Below, in pieces: positions 9,704 to 20,352 of a DNA stretch of 64,000 nt (position 1 is the first letter of the stretch; each line of letters opens with the position of its first letter). Both the position numbers and the translations under genes were made by a program. The stretch is from Dehalococcoidia bacterium (GTDB taxonomy: Bacteria; Chloroflexota; Dehalococcoidia; Bin125). The notes under the pieces were generated by a model. The model searched no databases. It was not told the DNA's origin and saw only the letters and a program-made list of their open reading frames with translations. The stretch spans positions 2,093,786-2,157,785 of the forward strand of contig OZ241849.1 of the NCBI GenBank assembly GCA_965203165.1, read 5' to 3'.

Positions 9704-11327
9704 CCAAATCGCCGCCGAACCGATCGAGCAGCTTGAGCCGCCGAACACGCAGAGCGGCGATGTGGACGCGCTGCTGGAGACCCTGCCCGCGGCGATCCGG
9801 CGGGCCATCGAGGCCGAAGACGACTTCGACTCCCTGCTCGAGATCGTGCTCGACCTCGGCCGCCGGCCCAGCGCGCGCTACCGCGAGCGCGAACTCGAAC
9901 TGACCGACTCCGAAATCACCACCGCCGAACTGGAAGAAGTCGTCCGCCACCTGGGCGAGTTCGGCGACGACAACCGCGCCGGCATCGCCCGAACCCTGCA
10001 CCGCATCTCCTGCCTCCGCAACCGACAGCGCAAAATCGTCGGCCTCACCATGCGCGTCGGCCGCGCCGTCACCGGCTCGGTCGCGCTGATCGAGGACCTG
10101 ATCGCCGCCGGCGCGAGCATCCTCCTGCTGGGACGCCCCGGCGTGGGCAAAACGACCCTCCTGCGCGAGGCCGCCCGCGTGCTGGCCGAGCAGGGCAAGC
10201 GCGTCGTGATCGTCGACACCTCCAACGAAATCGCCGGCGACGGCGATATCCCCCACGCCGGCATCGGGCGCGCCCGCCGCATGCAGGTCGAAACCCCCGA
10301 GCGGCAGCACGCCGTCATGGTCGAGGCGGTGGAAAACCACATGCCCGAAGTGATCGTGATCGACGAAATCGGCACCGAGCTGGAAGCCCTGGCCGCACGC
10401 ACGATCGCCGAGCGCGGCGTCCAACTGGTCGCCACCGCGCACGGCAACACGCTCGCCAACCTGATGCTCAATCCCACCCTCGCGGACCTGATCGGCGGAA
10501 TTCAGACCGTAACCCTCTCCGACGAGGAGGCGCGCCGGCGCGGCACCCGCAAATCCGTGCTCGAGCGCAAAGCCCCGCCGACCTTCAACGCGCTGGTCGA
10601 AATCCAGTCGTTCACCCGCGTCGCCCTGCAGAGCGACGTCGGCTCCACGGTCGACGCGCTGCTGCACGGCGAGCCGGCCGAGCCCGAAATCCGCGAGGTT
10701 GATGAGCAGGGTGAGGTGCACAGCAGCCCCGGCGCGCAGCCGGAGGCCGCGCTCCCGGGCTTCTTCGCGGTGGACGCGCCCCGACACACCGGAGTCCGCA
10801 ACGGCGGACGCGACGCGCACCTGCGCCGGCGCGACCGCCGCCGCGCGCCCGAGCCGCCGACCGGTCCGCACCGCCGCATCTACCCACTGGGCATATCGGC
10901 GGCGCGCCTGCGCGAGGCCATTCGCGAAAACGGCGCCAACGCCTCGCTGGTCGAACGAATCGAAGACGCCGACATCGTGATGACCCTCCGCTCGGCCTTC
11001 CGCCGCCGTCCGCCCGAACTGCGCGAGGCCGAAGCCAAGCGGCTGCCGATCGTCGTGCTGAAGCACAACACCGTAATGCAAATGCAGCAAAGCCTCCGCG
11101 CCCTCTCGCAGGGCCGCGGCGGCGGGGACGACGAGCTGACCTCCGCGCTGGCCGAAGCGGAAGACGCAATCCAGGCGATCTACAGCGGAATGCGAGACCA
11201 CGTGGAACTCGCCCCGCGCGGCCCCTACATCCGCAAACTCCAGCACGAAATGGCCAGCCGCCAATCCCTCACCTCAGCCAGCCACGGCCAGGAACCCCAC
11301 CGAAGAGTGCGCATCCAGGCGCGCTGA
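9696..11327 (+). CDS. AAA+ ATPase of the Ycf45 / SpoIIIAA-like family with a C-terminal nucleic-acid-binding (R3H-like) region
   Basis: Walker A LLGRPGVGKTT and Walker B VIVIDEIG. ...LVATAHGNTL is conserved in the Ycf45/SpoIIIAA family. Overlaps the pdxT stop. Confidence 0.75.
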   Translation: MPDQIAAEPIEQLEPPNTQSGDVDALLETLPAAIRRAIEAEDDFDSLLEIVLDLGRRPSARYRERELELTDSEITTAELEEVVRHLGEFGDDNRAGIARTLHRISCLRNRQRKIVGLTMRVGRAVTGSVALIEDLIAAGASILLLGRPGVGKTTLLREAARVLAEQGKRVVIVDTSNEIAGDGDIPHAGIGRARRMQVETPERQHAVMVEAVENHMPEVIVIDEIGTELEALAARTIAERGVQLVATAHGNTLANLMLNPTLADLIGGIQTVTLSDEEARRRGTRKSVLERKAPPTFNALVEIQSFTRVALQSDVGSTVDALLHGEPAEPEIREVDEQGEVHSSPGAQPEAALPGFFAVDAPRHTGVRNGGRDAHLRRRDRRRAPEPPTGPHRRIYPLGISAARLREAIRENGANASLVERIEDADIVMTLRSAFRRRPPELREAEAKRLPIVVLKHNTVMQMQQSLRALSQGRGGGDDELTSALAEAEDAIQAIYSGMRDHVELAPRGPYIRKLQHEMASRQSLTSASHGQEPHRRVRIQAR

Positions 11328-11380
11328 GGTGCAAAGCGGGCGGACGAAGCAGCGAGATGGGCGGGAAGAGGGCGGCGCGC

Positions 11381-12010
11381 ATGCTGATCACGGTGGAAGG
11401 CGGGGACGGCGCGGGCAAAACCACCCTGGTGCGCGCGCTGGTGCGGCGCTGGGAGGACGCGGGCGCGGCGCTCCAGACAACGCTCGAACCAGGCGGCACG
11501 GAAATCGGGCGGGGCCTGCGCGACCTGGTCCTGCACACCAGCGCGCCGTTGGAACCGTGGGCCGAAACGTTTCTCTTTCTGACCGACCGCAGCGCCGATG
11601 TCTCCCAGATCATCCGCCCGGCGCTGGAGCGCGGACAGATCGTGCTCTGCGACCGCTACGCCGACTCGACCCTGGCCTATCAGGGCTACGGGCGGGGACT
11701 GGATCTTGATCTAATCCGACGGCTGAACGAGGCGGCGACGGGCGGCCTGGAGGCCGACCTCACGCTGCTGCTCGATATCGGCGCAGAGCAGGGAATCGCG
11801 CGCGGGCGCGGCGACGGCGGCGATCGGATCGCCGACGCGGCGCTGGAGTTTCATCGGCAGGTGAACGACGGCTTCCGCAAAATCGCGGCGCAGTCCCCCG
11901 AACGGGTAGTCGTGCTGGACGCGGCCCAGCCTGCGGCGCAGGTGCTCGACCAGGCGCTGGTCGCGGCAGAGCCGCGCCTGCGCGCCGCGGGCCTGCTGCC
12001 GACGGCGTGA
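11381..12010 (+). CDS. tmk: thymidylate kinase
   Basis: MLITVEGGDGAGKTT P-loop and DRY motif (LCDRYADS). The ATG at 11381 is preferred over the upstream ATG at 11357. Confidence 0.9.
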   Translation: MLITVEGGDGAGKTTLVRALVRRWEDAGAALQTTLEPGGTEIGRGLRDLVLHTSAPLEPWAETFLFLTDRSADVSQIIRPALERGQIVLCDRYADSTLAYQGYGRGLDLDLIRRLNEAATGGLEADLTLLLDIGAEQGIARGRGDGGDRIADAALEFHRQVNDGFRKIAAQSPERVVVLDAAQPAAQVLDQALVAAEPRLRAAGLLPTA

Positions 12011-12125
12011 CGATGGAGTCAGCGCGAACCGCGCCATAGACTGAGCCGCCAGGAGGACCAGAAAGCGATTGGCGCACCGAGAGAGGGCGGCGGTGGACGA
12101 TTCCCAGAATTCGGACGGCCAGGTC

Positions 12126-12995
12126 GTGGTGCGGGTGCCGGCGTCGTCGGCGAATCTCGGCACCGGCTTCGACGCCGTAGGCGTGGCGTTGCAGCTCTAC
12201 GCCGAGATCACGGTGGCGGTCGACGCGCCGCTTGAGAGCGCCCGCTCGCCGATGACCAAGCACGTGCGGCAAGGCTTCAGGGCGGCCTACAAAGCGGCCG
12301 GGAGGGAAGCGCCCAAGCGAAAGCGGATCAACGTGGCGGTCGACGCGAGCTTCCCGCTCGGGCGCGGGCTGGGCGCGAGCGCCGCCAGCCGCGCCGCGGG
12401 GCTGGTCGCCGCCAATGCGCTGCTGGGCGATCCGCTCGACGATCGGCAGCTGCTCGAGTTGGGCGCGTCGCTGGAGGGCCACGCGGACAACATCGCGCCG
12501 GCGCTTTTCGGCGGCTGCCAGATCGTGGCGATGGACGGACCGCAGGTCAGCCGCGTGCCGCTGCCCGTCGCGCCCGGACTGCGCTTCGTGGGCTTCACCC
12601 CGTCGTTCGGAATGTCCACCAAGCGCGGTCGCGCGCTGCTGCCGGAGCAGCTCTCGCGGGCCGACGCGGTGCACAACTCCTGCCGCTCGGCGCTGCTCAC
12701 CGCCGCGCTGGCGACCGGCGCCTGGGACGCCCTGGGTGCCGCGGTGGACGATCGGCTGCACCAGCGCCCGCGCAGCCAGATGTTCCCCGCGATGTTTGAT
12801 TTTTTCGAGGCCGTGACCGCCGCGGGCGCGTATGCCGCCTATCTGTCGGGCGGCGGCTCGACGCTGATGGCGCTGACCGACGCGGACGCGGCGCAGGCAA
12901 CCCAGGCCGCGTTCGCCGCCGCCGCCGCCGAGCGCGGCATTGAGGGGACCGGTTTCGTGACGGAAATCGACCTGTCCGGGGCAACCGTCCTGTGA
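12126..12995 (+). CDS. thrB: homoserine kinase
   Basis: VPASSANLGTGFD and PLGRGLGASAA (GHMP kinase). The start is uncertain (GTG 12126 or upstream TTG 12069). Confidence 0.85.
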   Translation: MVRVPASSANLGTGFDAVGVALQLYAEITVAVDAPLESARSPMTKHVRQGFRAAYKAAGREAPKRKRINVAVDASFPLGRGLGASAASRAAGLVAANALLGDPLDDRQLLELGASLEGHADNIAPALFGGCQIVAMDGPQVSRVPLPVAPGLRFVGFTPSFGMSTKRGRALLPEQLSRADAVHNSCRSALLTAALATGAWDALGAAVDDRLHQRPRSQMFPAMFDFFEAVTAAGAYAAYLSGGGSTLMALTDADAAQATQAAFAAAAAERGIEGTGFVTEIDLSGATVL

Positions 12996-14215
12996 CCGTC
13001 GTGCAGAAATACGGTGGCACCAGCGTCGGCTCAGTCGAGCGCTTGCAGGCCGTCGCCGAACGGATCGCGCAACGCGCCGCGGCAGGCCAGCCGATGGCGG
13101 TAGTGGTCTCCGCGATGGGCAAAACGACCGACGATCTGATCGCCCTGGCGCAGGCGATCAGCGCCCGCCCGCCGCGCCGGGAGATGGACATGCTGCTCGC
13201 GACGGGCGAGATGGTCAGCAGCGCCCTGCTGGCCATGGCCGTGCGCGAGCGGGGGCATGGCGCGGTCGCGCTGACCGGCGCGCAGGCCGGCGTCTTCACC
13301 GACGACACCTTTGGCCGCGCCCGCATCCGCGACATCGACACCGAGCGGATCGAGCGCGAGTTCGCCGCGGGCAACGCCGTGATCATCGCCGGCTTCCAGG
13401 GCACCAGCGGCGCGGCCGATTTCACCACTCTGGGCCGCGGCGGCTCCGACACCTCGGCGGTCGCGCTGGGCGCGGTGCTGAACGCGCAGCAGGTCGAGAT
13501 CTACACCGATGTGGACGGCGTCTACACCACCGATCCGCGCATCGAGCCCGACGCGCGGCGGCTGGCCGACATCGCCGCCGAAGAGATGCTCGAGGCCGCC
13601 GCGCAGGGCGCGGCGGTAATGCACCCCCGCGCCGTGGAATTGGGGCTGCTCTACGACATCCCCATCGTCGTCGCCTCGTCCTTCGCCGCCGGCGGCGCGG
13701 ACGGCACCATCATTCGCAAGGAGGTCCAAGTGGAACCCGAAGACCGCGTCCGAACCATCGCCCTCGACCGCGATGTCGCCTCGCTCACGCTGCGCCACGT
13801 GCCCGATCGCCCGGGCATCGCCGCCCAACTCTTCGGCCCGCTCGCCGACGCCGGAATCTCCGTCGACACGATCGTGCAAAACGCCAGCGAGGAGCGACTC
13901 ACCGACCTGACCTTCACGGTGACGCGCAGCGATCTCGAGCAGGCCTACGAGGCGGCCTCCCCGCTGGCCGACGAGCTGGGCGCGAAGGCGCTGCTGCGCG
14001 ACGACGACCTGGTCAAGGTCAGCCTGATCGGCACCGGCATGCAATCCGCGCCCGGCTACGCCGCGCTGATGTTCCGTACCCTCTCCGAAGCCGGCGTCAA
14101 CATTGAGCTGATCACAACCAGCGAAATCCGCATCACCGTCCTGGTCCGCTCCGAGCACGGCGAGCAAGCCGTGCGCCTGCTCCACCGCGCCTTCGCCCTC
14201 GACCAACCGCTCTAA
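12992..14215 (+). CDS. lysC: aspartate kinase
   Basis: VVQKYGGTSVG, VVVSAMGKTTDDL, two C-terminal ACT domains. GTGA overlap with thrB. Confidence 0.95.
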   Translation: MTVVQKYGGTSVGSVERLQAVAERIAQRAAAGQPMAVVVSAMGKTTDDLIALAQAISARPPRREMDMLLATGEMVSSALLAMAVRERGHGAVALTGAQAGVFTDDTFGRARIRDIDTERIEREFAAGNAVIIAGFQGTSGAADFTTLGRGGSDTSAVALGAVLNAQQVEIYTDVDGVYTTDPRIEPDARRLADIAAEEMLEAAAQGAAVMHPRAVELGLLYDIPIVVASSFAAGGADGTIIRKEVQVEPEDRVRTIALDRDVASLTLRHVPDRPGIAAQLFGPLADAGISVDTIVQNASEERLTDLTFTVTRSDLEQAYEAASPLADELGAKALLRDDDLVKVSLIGTGMQSAPGYAALMFRTLSEAGVNIELITTSEIRITVLVRSEHGEQAVRLLHRAFALDQPL

Positions 14216-14228
14216 AGCCCGTCCCCAC

Positions 14229-14276
14229 TTCCGCCACCCCCGCGCCCCCTCCCGTCATTCCTGCGCAGGCAGGAAC
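14229..14276. repeat. second copy of the REP-like element CCGCCACCCCCGCGCCCCCTCCCGTCATTCCTGCGCAGGCAGGAAC
   Basis: Near-identical to 2237-2282, including the 7-bp-stem hairpin. Intergenic between lysC and dnaE. Confidence 0.75.
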
Positions 14277-14374
14277 CCGCGCACCCCGCACCCCACCCAC
14301 ATCCCGCACCTTGACATAGAAACACCTATGACCACCCGCTAATCTCGCGTAGCGTCGCTCAAGGAAAGCCGCCC

Positions 14375-17300
14375 ATGTTCGCCCACCTGCACACCCACAC
14401 CGAATACAGCGAACTCGACGGCCTCGGGCGGATCGACGCGCTGGTTGAGCGCGCGAAAGCGCTCGGCCAGCAAGCGCTGGCGATCACCGACCACGGCAAC
14501 CTCTACGGCGCGATCGACTTCTACCAGGCGGCCCGCGGGGCGGGCATCCAGCCGCTGCTCGGCATGGAGGCCTACGTCGCGCCGGGCGACCGCCGCGATC
14601 GCGAGGCGCGCAGCGCCTCCCAGGCCGCCTACCACCTCGTGCTGCTCGCGCAGAACGCGCAAGGCTGGCGCAACCTGATCCAGCTCGCCACCCGCGCCCA
14701 CCTCGAGGGTTTCTACTACCGCCCGCGCGTCGACCGCGAGCTGCTGTCGCAGTACAGCGAGGGCGTAATCGTGCTCTCCGGCTGCCCCTCGGGCGAGCTG
14801 CACCGCGCGCTCGAGGCCGACGATCTGGTCGAGGCGCAGCGGGTGATCCAGTGGTACCGCGAGACATTTAGCGACCGCTATTACCTCGAAGTCCAGCGGC
14901 ACGACGAACTGACCCGCTACGAGCCGGTGCTGCAGCGCACCGTCCAGCTGTCGCGCGACCTGGACATTCCGCTGGTCGCCACACAGGACGCGCACTACTG
15001 CGAGCCGGGCGACCACGACGCACACGACCTGCTGCTCTGCATCGGCACCAACGCGACCCGCGATGAGGAGAAACGCTTCCGCTTCGAAGGGCAGGACTAC
15101 TACCTGACCGACGAGGCCTACATGCTGGAGAAATACGCGGATCTGCCCGAGGCGGTGACCAACACCCAACTGCTGGCCGAGCGCTGCGGCGTGGAGCTCG
15201 AGTTCGGCCGACTGCAACTGCCCGAACCGGATGTGCCGCCCGGCACATCCCCGATCGAGCACCTCGCCGATGTCGCCCGCGCCGGCCTGCAGCAGCGCTA
15301 CGCGCATCCCACCGAGCGGCATGTCGAGCGGCTCAACTACGAGCTCGAAGTGGTCCGCGAGACGGGCTTTGCCGAGTACTTCCTGATCGTCGCCGATTTT
15401 GCCCGCTTCGCGCGAGAGCGGAACATTCCCCAGACCGTGCGCGGCAGCGCCGCCGGCAGCCTGATCCTCTACTGCCTCGGCATCACCGACATCGACCCGC
15501 TCGAATACGGACTCGTCTTCGAGCGCTTCCTCAACCCCGAACGCCGCGAAATGCCAGACATCGACATGGATTTCGCCGACAACCGCCGCGACGAGGTGAT
15601 CCGCTACGTGGCCGAAAAATACGGGCGCGAGCGGGTCGCGCAGATCATCACCTTCGGCACGCTGGGCGCAAAGGCGGCAGTGCGCGACACCGGGCGCGCG
15701 CTGGGCATGAATCTGAACGAGATCGACCGGATCGCGCGGATGATCCCCAACGTGCTCAACATCACGCTGCAGGAAGCAATCGATCAGTCCGCGGAACTGC
15801 GCGACGCAGGGCGCGGCGATCCCGAAGTGCGCGAGCTGCTGCATCAGGCGCAGCGGCTCAACGGGGTCGTGCGCCACGCCAGCACGCACGCCGCCGCCGT
15901 CGTCATCTCCCGCGATCCGCTCAGCGAAAACGTGCCTCTGCGCCGACCGGCCAACCAGGGCGACGACGACAAGTCGATTCCGATGACCCAGTGGGCGATG
16001 GATCAGTGCGCAGCGGTCGGTCTGCTGAAGATGGACTTCCTGGGCCTCTCCAACCTGACCATTCTGCACGAGGCGGTCGAGCTGATCCGCGAATACGAGG
16101 GCGTGGAAATCGACCCGCTGACGCTGCCCGAAACGGGCGAGCAGGCCGAAAAGGCCTTTGCGATGCTGGAAACCGGCGACACGTTCGGCGTGTTCCAACT
16201 CGAGTCCGGCGGAATGCGCAACACGGTCGCCGACCTGAAACCGAGCTCGATCCCGGACTTGGCCGCGCTCGTTGCCCTTTACCGGCCCGGGCCTATGGAA
16301 CACATCCCGCGCTTCATCGACGGCAAGCACGGACTCGCGCCGATCGCCTACCCGCACGACGATCTCGCGGAAATCCTGGACGAGACCTACGGAGTGATCG
16401 TCTACCAGGACCAGGTGCTCCAGATCGCGCGCAAGTTCGCCGGCTACACCCTCGGCCAGGCCGATGTGATGCGCAAAGCGATGGGCAAGAAAATCCCGCA
16501 GGTGATGCGCGCCGAGCGGGACAACTTCCTGCGGGGAGCGGCGGAGCGCGGCTACTCGCAACGCGACGCCCAGACCATCTTCGAGCTCATCGAGCCGTTC
16601 GCCGGCTACGCCTTCAACAAGGCGCACGCCGTCTGCTACGGCGCGATCGCCTACCAGACCGCCTGGTTCAAAGCCAACTACTCCGCGCCCTACATGGCCG
16701 CGGTGCTGCGCGCCGCGGCCGGCAACTCGGACCGCATCCGCGCCGCCGCCGCCGAGTGCGCCCGGCTCAAAATCAAGCTGCTGCCGCCCGACGCGAACAA
16801 CTCCGAAGCCAGCTTCAGCCTCGAACGCTTCGCCGACGGCCGCAGCGCGATCCGCTTCGGCCTGGCCACGGTCAAAAACGTCGGCCGCGCCGCGGTGGAG
16901 CCGCTGATCGCGGAGCGTGAGGCCAACGGACCATTTGAGTCGATCGACGATCTGAGCGAACGAATCGACGCGCGCGCGCTGAACCGCCGCGCTCTCGAGT
17001 CGCTGGCCAAGGCGGGCGCGTTCGACTCGCTGCCGCGCTCAAACGGCTCGGCCGAGCCCATGTCGCGCGGCGAGATTGTCGCGGGCGCGGAAGACATCTC
17101 GCGCCGCGCGCGCCGCGCGCAGGAACTGCGCGAAAGCGGTCAGACCTCGATGTTCGACCTGTTCGGCAACGAGGTCGCCACGCCCAAACCGCTGATCAAC
17201 ACACAGGAAGAGACCGTGGAAGTGACCGCCTCGGAGCAGCTGAACTGGGAGCGCGAGCTGCTGGGCGCGTACGTTTCGCGCCACCCGCTGCAAGCGGCGG

Positions 17301-18010
17301 CGGTCGAGCTGCAGTCGCAGGTCAGCCATTCGCTGGCCGAAATCAACGAAGACCTGCTGGGCGAGCCGCTGACCGTCGCCGGGCTAGTCAACAACATCCG
17401 CCAGCTGACGACTAGGCGCGGCGATCAGTTTGCCGCGGTCGAGATCGAGGACCTCTCCGGGGCGCAGGAACTGACTGTCTGGCCCGAGCAGTGGCAGCAA
17501 ACCCGCGAGATGTGGAATCCCAACCAGATCATCGTGGCCGATGTTGTGGTCCGCTCGCGGGGTAATGATCAACTGTCGCTGGCGGTCAACGCGGCGCGGC
17601 GTTGGTCGGAGGCGGCTGAAGGCGGGGAGGCCTTGGAAAATAGGGCGGCGCGCGCGCCCAGGCCGCAGGTGGTGCCACCGCCTCCCCCGGAGCCGGTGCG
17701 GCGGCGCGCGGCGCCGATCGGCGGCAGCAGCGGCTCGGCGCTCTGGATCACGCTGCGCGACGACGGTGATCGGGCCGCCGGCCAGGATTTGCTGCGACGG
17801 ATGGGCGATCTGATCCAGGGCATGCCGGGCGACGATCCGGTGTTTCTGCGCATTGAGGGCCCCTCGGGCGGGACGCTGCTGGCGTTGCCGGAGCAGTGGA
17901 GGACGGCGGCCAACTTTGCGATGGTGACGGTGCTGAACGGCCTGCTGGCGAAGCAGGGCGAGGCGGAGTTGGCCGCGCCACTGAAAAACGCCGCCGCCGC
18001 GGGCCGCTGA
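14375..18010 (+). CDS. dnaE: DNA polymerase III alpha subunit
   Basis: N-terminal PHP domain HLHTHTEYS...ITDHGNLYG; polymerase core; 1211 aa. Confidence 0.97.
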   Translation: MFAHLHTHTEYSELDGLGRIDALVERAKALGQQALAITDHGNLYGAIDFYQAARGAGIQPLLGMEAYVAPGDRRDREARSASQAAYHLVLLAQNAQGWRNLIQLATRAHLEGFYYRPRVDRELLSQYSEGVIVLSGCPSGELHRALEADDLVEAQRVIQWYRETFSDRYYLEVQRHDELTRYEPVLQRTVQLSRDLDIPLVATQDAHYCEPGDHDAHDLLLCIGTNATRDEEKRFRFEGQDYYLTDEAYMLEKYADLPEAVTNTQLLAERCGVELEFGRLQLPEPDVPPGTSPIEHLADVARAGLQQRYAHPTERHVERLNYELEVVRETGFAEYFLIVADFARFARERNIPQTVRGSAAGSLILYCLGITDIDPLEYGLVFERFLNPERREMPDIDMDFADNRRDEVIRYVAEKYGRERVAQIITFGTLGAKAAVRDTGRALGMNLNEIDRIARMIPNVLNITLQEAIDQSAELRDAGRGDPEVRELLHQAQRLNGVVRHASTHAAAVVISRDPLSENVPLRRPANQGDDDKSIPMTQWAMDQCAAVGLLKMDFLGLSNLTILHEAVELIREYEGVEIDPLTLPETGEQAEKAFAMLETGDTFGVFQLESGGMRNTVADLKPSSIPDLAALVALYRPGPMEHIPRFIDGKHGLAPIAYPHDDLAEILDETYGVIVYQDQVLQIARKFAGYTLGQADVMRKAMGKKIPQVMRAERDNFLRGAAERGYSQRDAQTIFELIEPFAGYAFNKAHAVCYGAIAYQTAWFKANYSAPYMAAVLRAAAGNSDRIRAAAAECARLKIKLLPPDANNSEASFSLERFADGRSAIRFGLATVKNVGRAAVEPLIAEREANGPFESIDDLSERIDARALNRRALESLAKAGAFDSLPRSNGSAEPMSRGEIVAGAEDISRRARRAQELRESGQTSMFDLFGNEVATPKPLINTQEETVEVTASEQLNWERELLGAYVSRHPLQAAAVELQSQVSHSLAEINEDLLGEPLTVAGLVNNIRQLTTRRGDQFAAVEIEDLSGAQELTVWPEQWQQTREMWNPNQIIVADVVVRSRGNDQLSLAVNAARRWSEAAEGGEALENRAARAPRPQVVPPPPPEPVRRRAAPIGGSSGSALWITLRDDGDRAAGQDLLRRMGDLIQGMPGDDPVFLRIEGPSGGTLLALPEQWRTAANFAMVTVLNGLLAKQGEAELAAPLKNAAAAGR

Positions 18011-18247
18011 GCAGGCAAATGACGAACGAGCGTCCTGTTATCGTGATGGCGCGGCACGGCCGCCCCCGGGTGGAAAGGGCGCAGCGGGGGCGACAGAAGC
18101 GCTGTTCCGACGCGACAGCGGCGATTATTGTGGTGGACAGCCGACGACAGCGTGGATGCATAATGTCTTATCGCATGTCCAGGCTGCACCAGCACAGCCG
18201 CCGCCGCAGACTACGCAACGGCGGCGCGCTCTAGGAAGAGATGCGTC

Positions 18248-18802
18248 ATGAAGGTCGTGTTTTTCGAAGAGGTTGAGGGCACCGCGCAGGTCGGTGAGGT
18301 GAAGGAGGTGAAGAATGGTTTTGCCCGCAATTACCTCCTGCCGCGCGGTCTGGCTGGTGCGCCGACGCGCAATAACTTGGCCCACGCCGAGCGACTGGCG
18401 AAGGCCGACGCGATTCGGCAGGCCAAGCTGGACGGCGACGCCGCGCCGATCGCGGCAGCGATCGATGGGCAGGAATTCACCTTCCGTGCGCGCGTGGGCG
18501 AGCAGGGGCGGCTGTTCGGCTCGGTCACCGCGCGGGACATCGCCGAGCGGCTCTCGGAGCGGGCTGGTGGGGCAATCGAGCACCGCCAGGTGCAGCTGGC
18601 GCAGGCAATCCGCCAGCTGGGCAGCGAAGAAGTCCGCGTGCGGCTCACTCGCAACGTGTTCGCCAGCGTCACGGTTGTTGTCGAACCGGACGAGGAGAGC
18701 TTTGAGCCAACCATCGATGAGGTGGTTGAGGAGCTCGACGCCGAGGAAGCAGCGGCTGACGCCGCTGAACAGCAGAGCGAAGCCGCGGCCGTAGAGGCCT
18801 AA
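18248..18802 (+). CDS. rplI: 50S ribosomal protein L9, with an acidic C-terminal tail
   Basis: MKVVFFEEVEG...G..V..V.NGFARNYLLP. The tail is EELDAEEAAADAAEQQSEAAAVEA. Confidence 0.9.
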   Translation: MKVVFFEEVEGTAQVGEVKEVKNGFARNYLLPRGLAGAPTRNNLAHAERLAKADAIRQAKLDGDAAPIAAAIDGQEFTFRARVGEQGRLFGSVTARDIAERLSERAGGAIEHRQVQLAQAIRQLGSEEVRVRLTRNVFASVTVVVEPDEESFEPTIDEVVEELDAEEAAADAAEQQSEAAAVEA

Positions 18803-18834
18803 GCCGGGGGTGGGCGCCGCCCCCGGAAACGGGG

Positions 18835-20352
18835 GTGGTCATGGTCACGAGCGAACCCCGCGCGGCCCCAGGCGTGCATAGCGGCCTGCCGCAGGATGTG
18901 GCCGCGGAGCGCGCCGTGATCGGCGCGATCCTGGCCGAAGAAGGCGTGCTCCAGCGGATCACTCCGATTCTGCTGCCCGCCGATTTCATCGATCCGCGGC
19001 ATCGGCTGCTCTACACCGCGTCGCTCGATCTGTGGGATCGGGGTGAAGCGGTCGATTCGGTCACGGTGGCGGCCGAGACGGCCCGCAAGGGCTGGATCGA
19101 CGAAGTCGGCGGGCAGCCCTACATCACGCAGCTGGTCGCCGAGCTGCCCACCACCGTTGGCGCGGAGCATTACGCGCGGGTAGTGCAGCGCACGGCGACC
19201 TACCGCGACATGCTGCGCGCGGCGGGAGACATCGGCGAACTGGCCTACCGCGCCGATCCGAATGTTGACGCCTCGCTGAACGAGGCAGTGGAGAAGCTCT
19301 ACTCAGTGCGCGGCGCGGAGCAGCGGCGCGATTTCTCGATGCTCCAGGACCTGCTGGTCGATGTGCTGCAGGACGCGGAAGATCCTGCGGGGAGCGCAGC
19401 GGAGCCGACCCGCACCGGTTTCGGCGATCTCGATCGGCTGCTCAACGGCGGCATCCACGCTTCCGATCTACTGGTCTTGGCGGCGCGCCCTGCCGTGGGC
19501 AAGTCGGCGCTGGCGCTGACGATCGCGCGCAACGCCGCGTTGGGCCAGGGCGTGTCGGTGGCGATGTTCAGTCTGGAAATGTCGGCCGAGCAGGTGGCGG
19601 CGCGGCTCGTCTCGGCCGAATCGGGCGTGGAAAACAGCCGCCTGCGGGTGGGCCGCCACACCGACGAGCAGCAAGCCGACATTTCGCGGGCGATCGGCCT
19701 GCTGAGTCGGGCGGAGCTCTACATTGACGACACGGCCGGCCAAACGCTGGCGGAGATTCGCGCCAAGTCGCGCAATCTGCACAAGCGGCTAATCGATCAG
19801 CGCGGGCGGCAAGCTGCGGAAGGCGCGGAGCCGCGCGGATTGGGGCTGATCATCGTCGATCACATTCAGCTGGTGCATGCCTGGTCGCGGACGCCGGTCG
19901 AGACCAACCGGGTGGCGGAGTTGAGCGTGATTTCGCGCACGCTGAAGGAGATTGCGCGCGAGCTGCGGGTGCCGGTGCTGGCGATTTCGCAGCTCTCTCG
20001 CGCAGTTGAGCGCCGCCGTCCCCCGGTGCCGATGCTGAGCGATCTGCGCGAGAGCGGCTCGATCGAGCAGGATGCCGATGTGGTCGTCTTTATCTACCGT
20101 GCCGACATGTACAAGCGCGACGAATACGAGGACGAGGTGATCGCCGATCCGATGCAGGAAGCGGCAGGGCAGGGGCAGGTCGCGCAGCTGCTGATCGCCA
20201 AGCACCGGCACGGGGCGGTGGGCGCAGTGGATGTGCGCTTCGTGCCGCAGGTGGCCCGCTTCGAGGATTTCTTTATGCAAGAGGAACCGCCGCCCAACGC
20301 GGGCTGGAGCGAGCCGCCCGGCGGCGCTGCGGACGGAAACGGACATGGCTGA
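18835..20352 (+). CDS. dnaB: replicative DNA helicase DnaB
   Basis: ERAVIGAIL N-terminal domain, Walker A ARPAVGKSALAL, LIIVDHIQL, SQLSRAVE. Confidence 0.95.
   Translation: MVMVTSEPRAAPGVHSGLPQDVAAERAVIGAILAEEGVLQRITPILLPADFIDPRHRLLYTASLDLWDRGEAVDSVTVAAETARKGWIDEVGGQPYITQLVAELPTTVGAEHYARVVQRTATYRDMLRAAGDIGELAYRADPNVDASLNEAVEKLYSVRGAEQRRDFSMLQDLLVDVLQDAEDPAGSAAEPTRTGFGDLDRLLNGGIHASDLLVLAARPAVGKSALALTIARNAALGQGVSVAMFSLEMSAEQVAARLVSAESGVENSRLRVGRHTDEQQADISRAIGLLSRAELYIDDTAGQTLAEIRAKSRNLHKRLIDQRGRQAAEGAEPRGLGLIIVDHIQLVHAWSRTPVETNRVAELSVISRTLKEIARELRVPVLAISQLSRAVERRRPPVPMLSDLRESGSIEQDADVVVFIYRADMYKRDEYEDEVIADPMQEAAGQGQVAQLLIAKHRHGAVGAVDVRFVPQVARFEDFFMQEEPPPNAGWSEPPGGAADGNGHG

Noticed and set aside
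18011-18247. Small RNA or small protein gene in the 237-nt dnaE-rplI spacer
   Set aside because: There is no convincing promoter/terminator pair, tRNA-like arms or conserved motif. The short ORFs there are Arg-rich junk frames. It is left unannotated.
20231-20345. Longer N-terminus for the DnaD-like protein (track ORF starts at 20231)
   Set aside because: That stretch lies inside dnaB in another frame and translates to low-complexity sequence. ATG 20346, interlocked with the dnaB stop, is the more parsimonious start.
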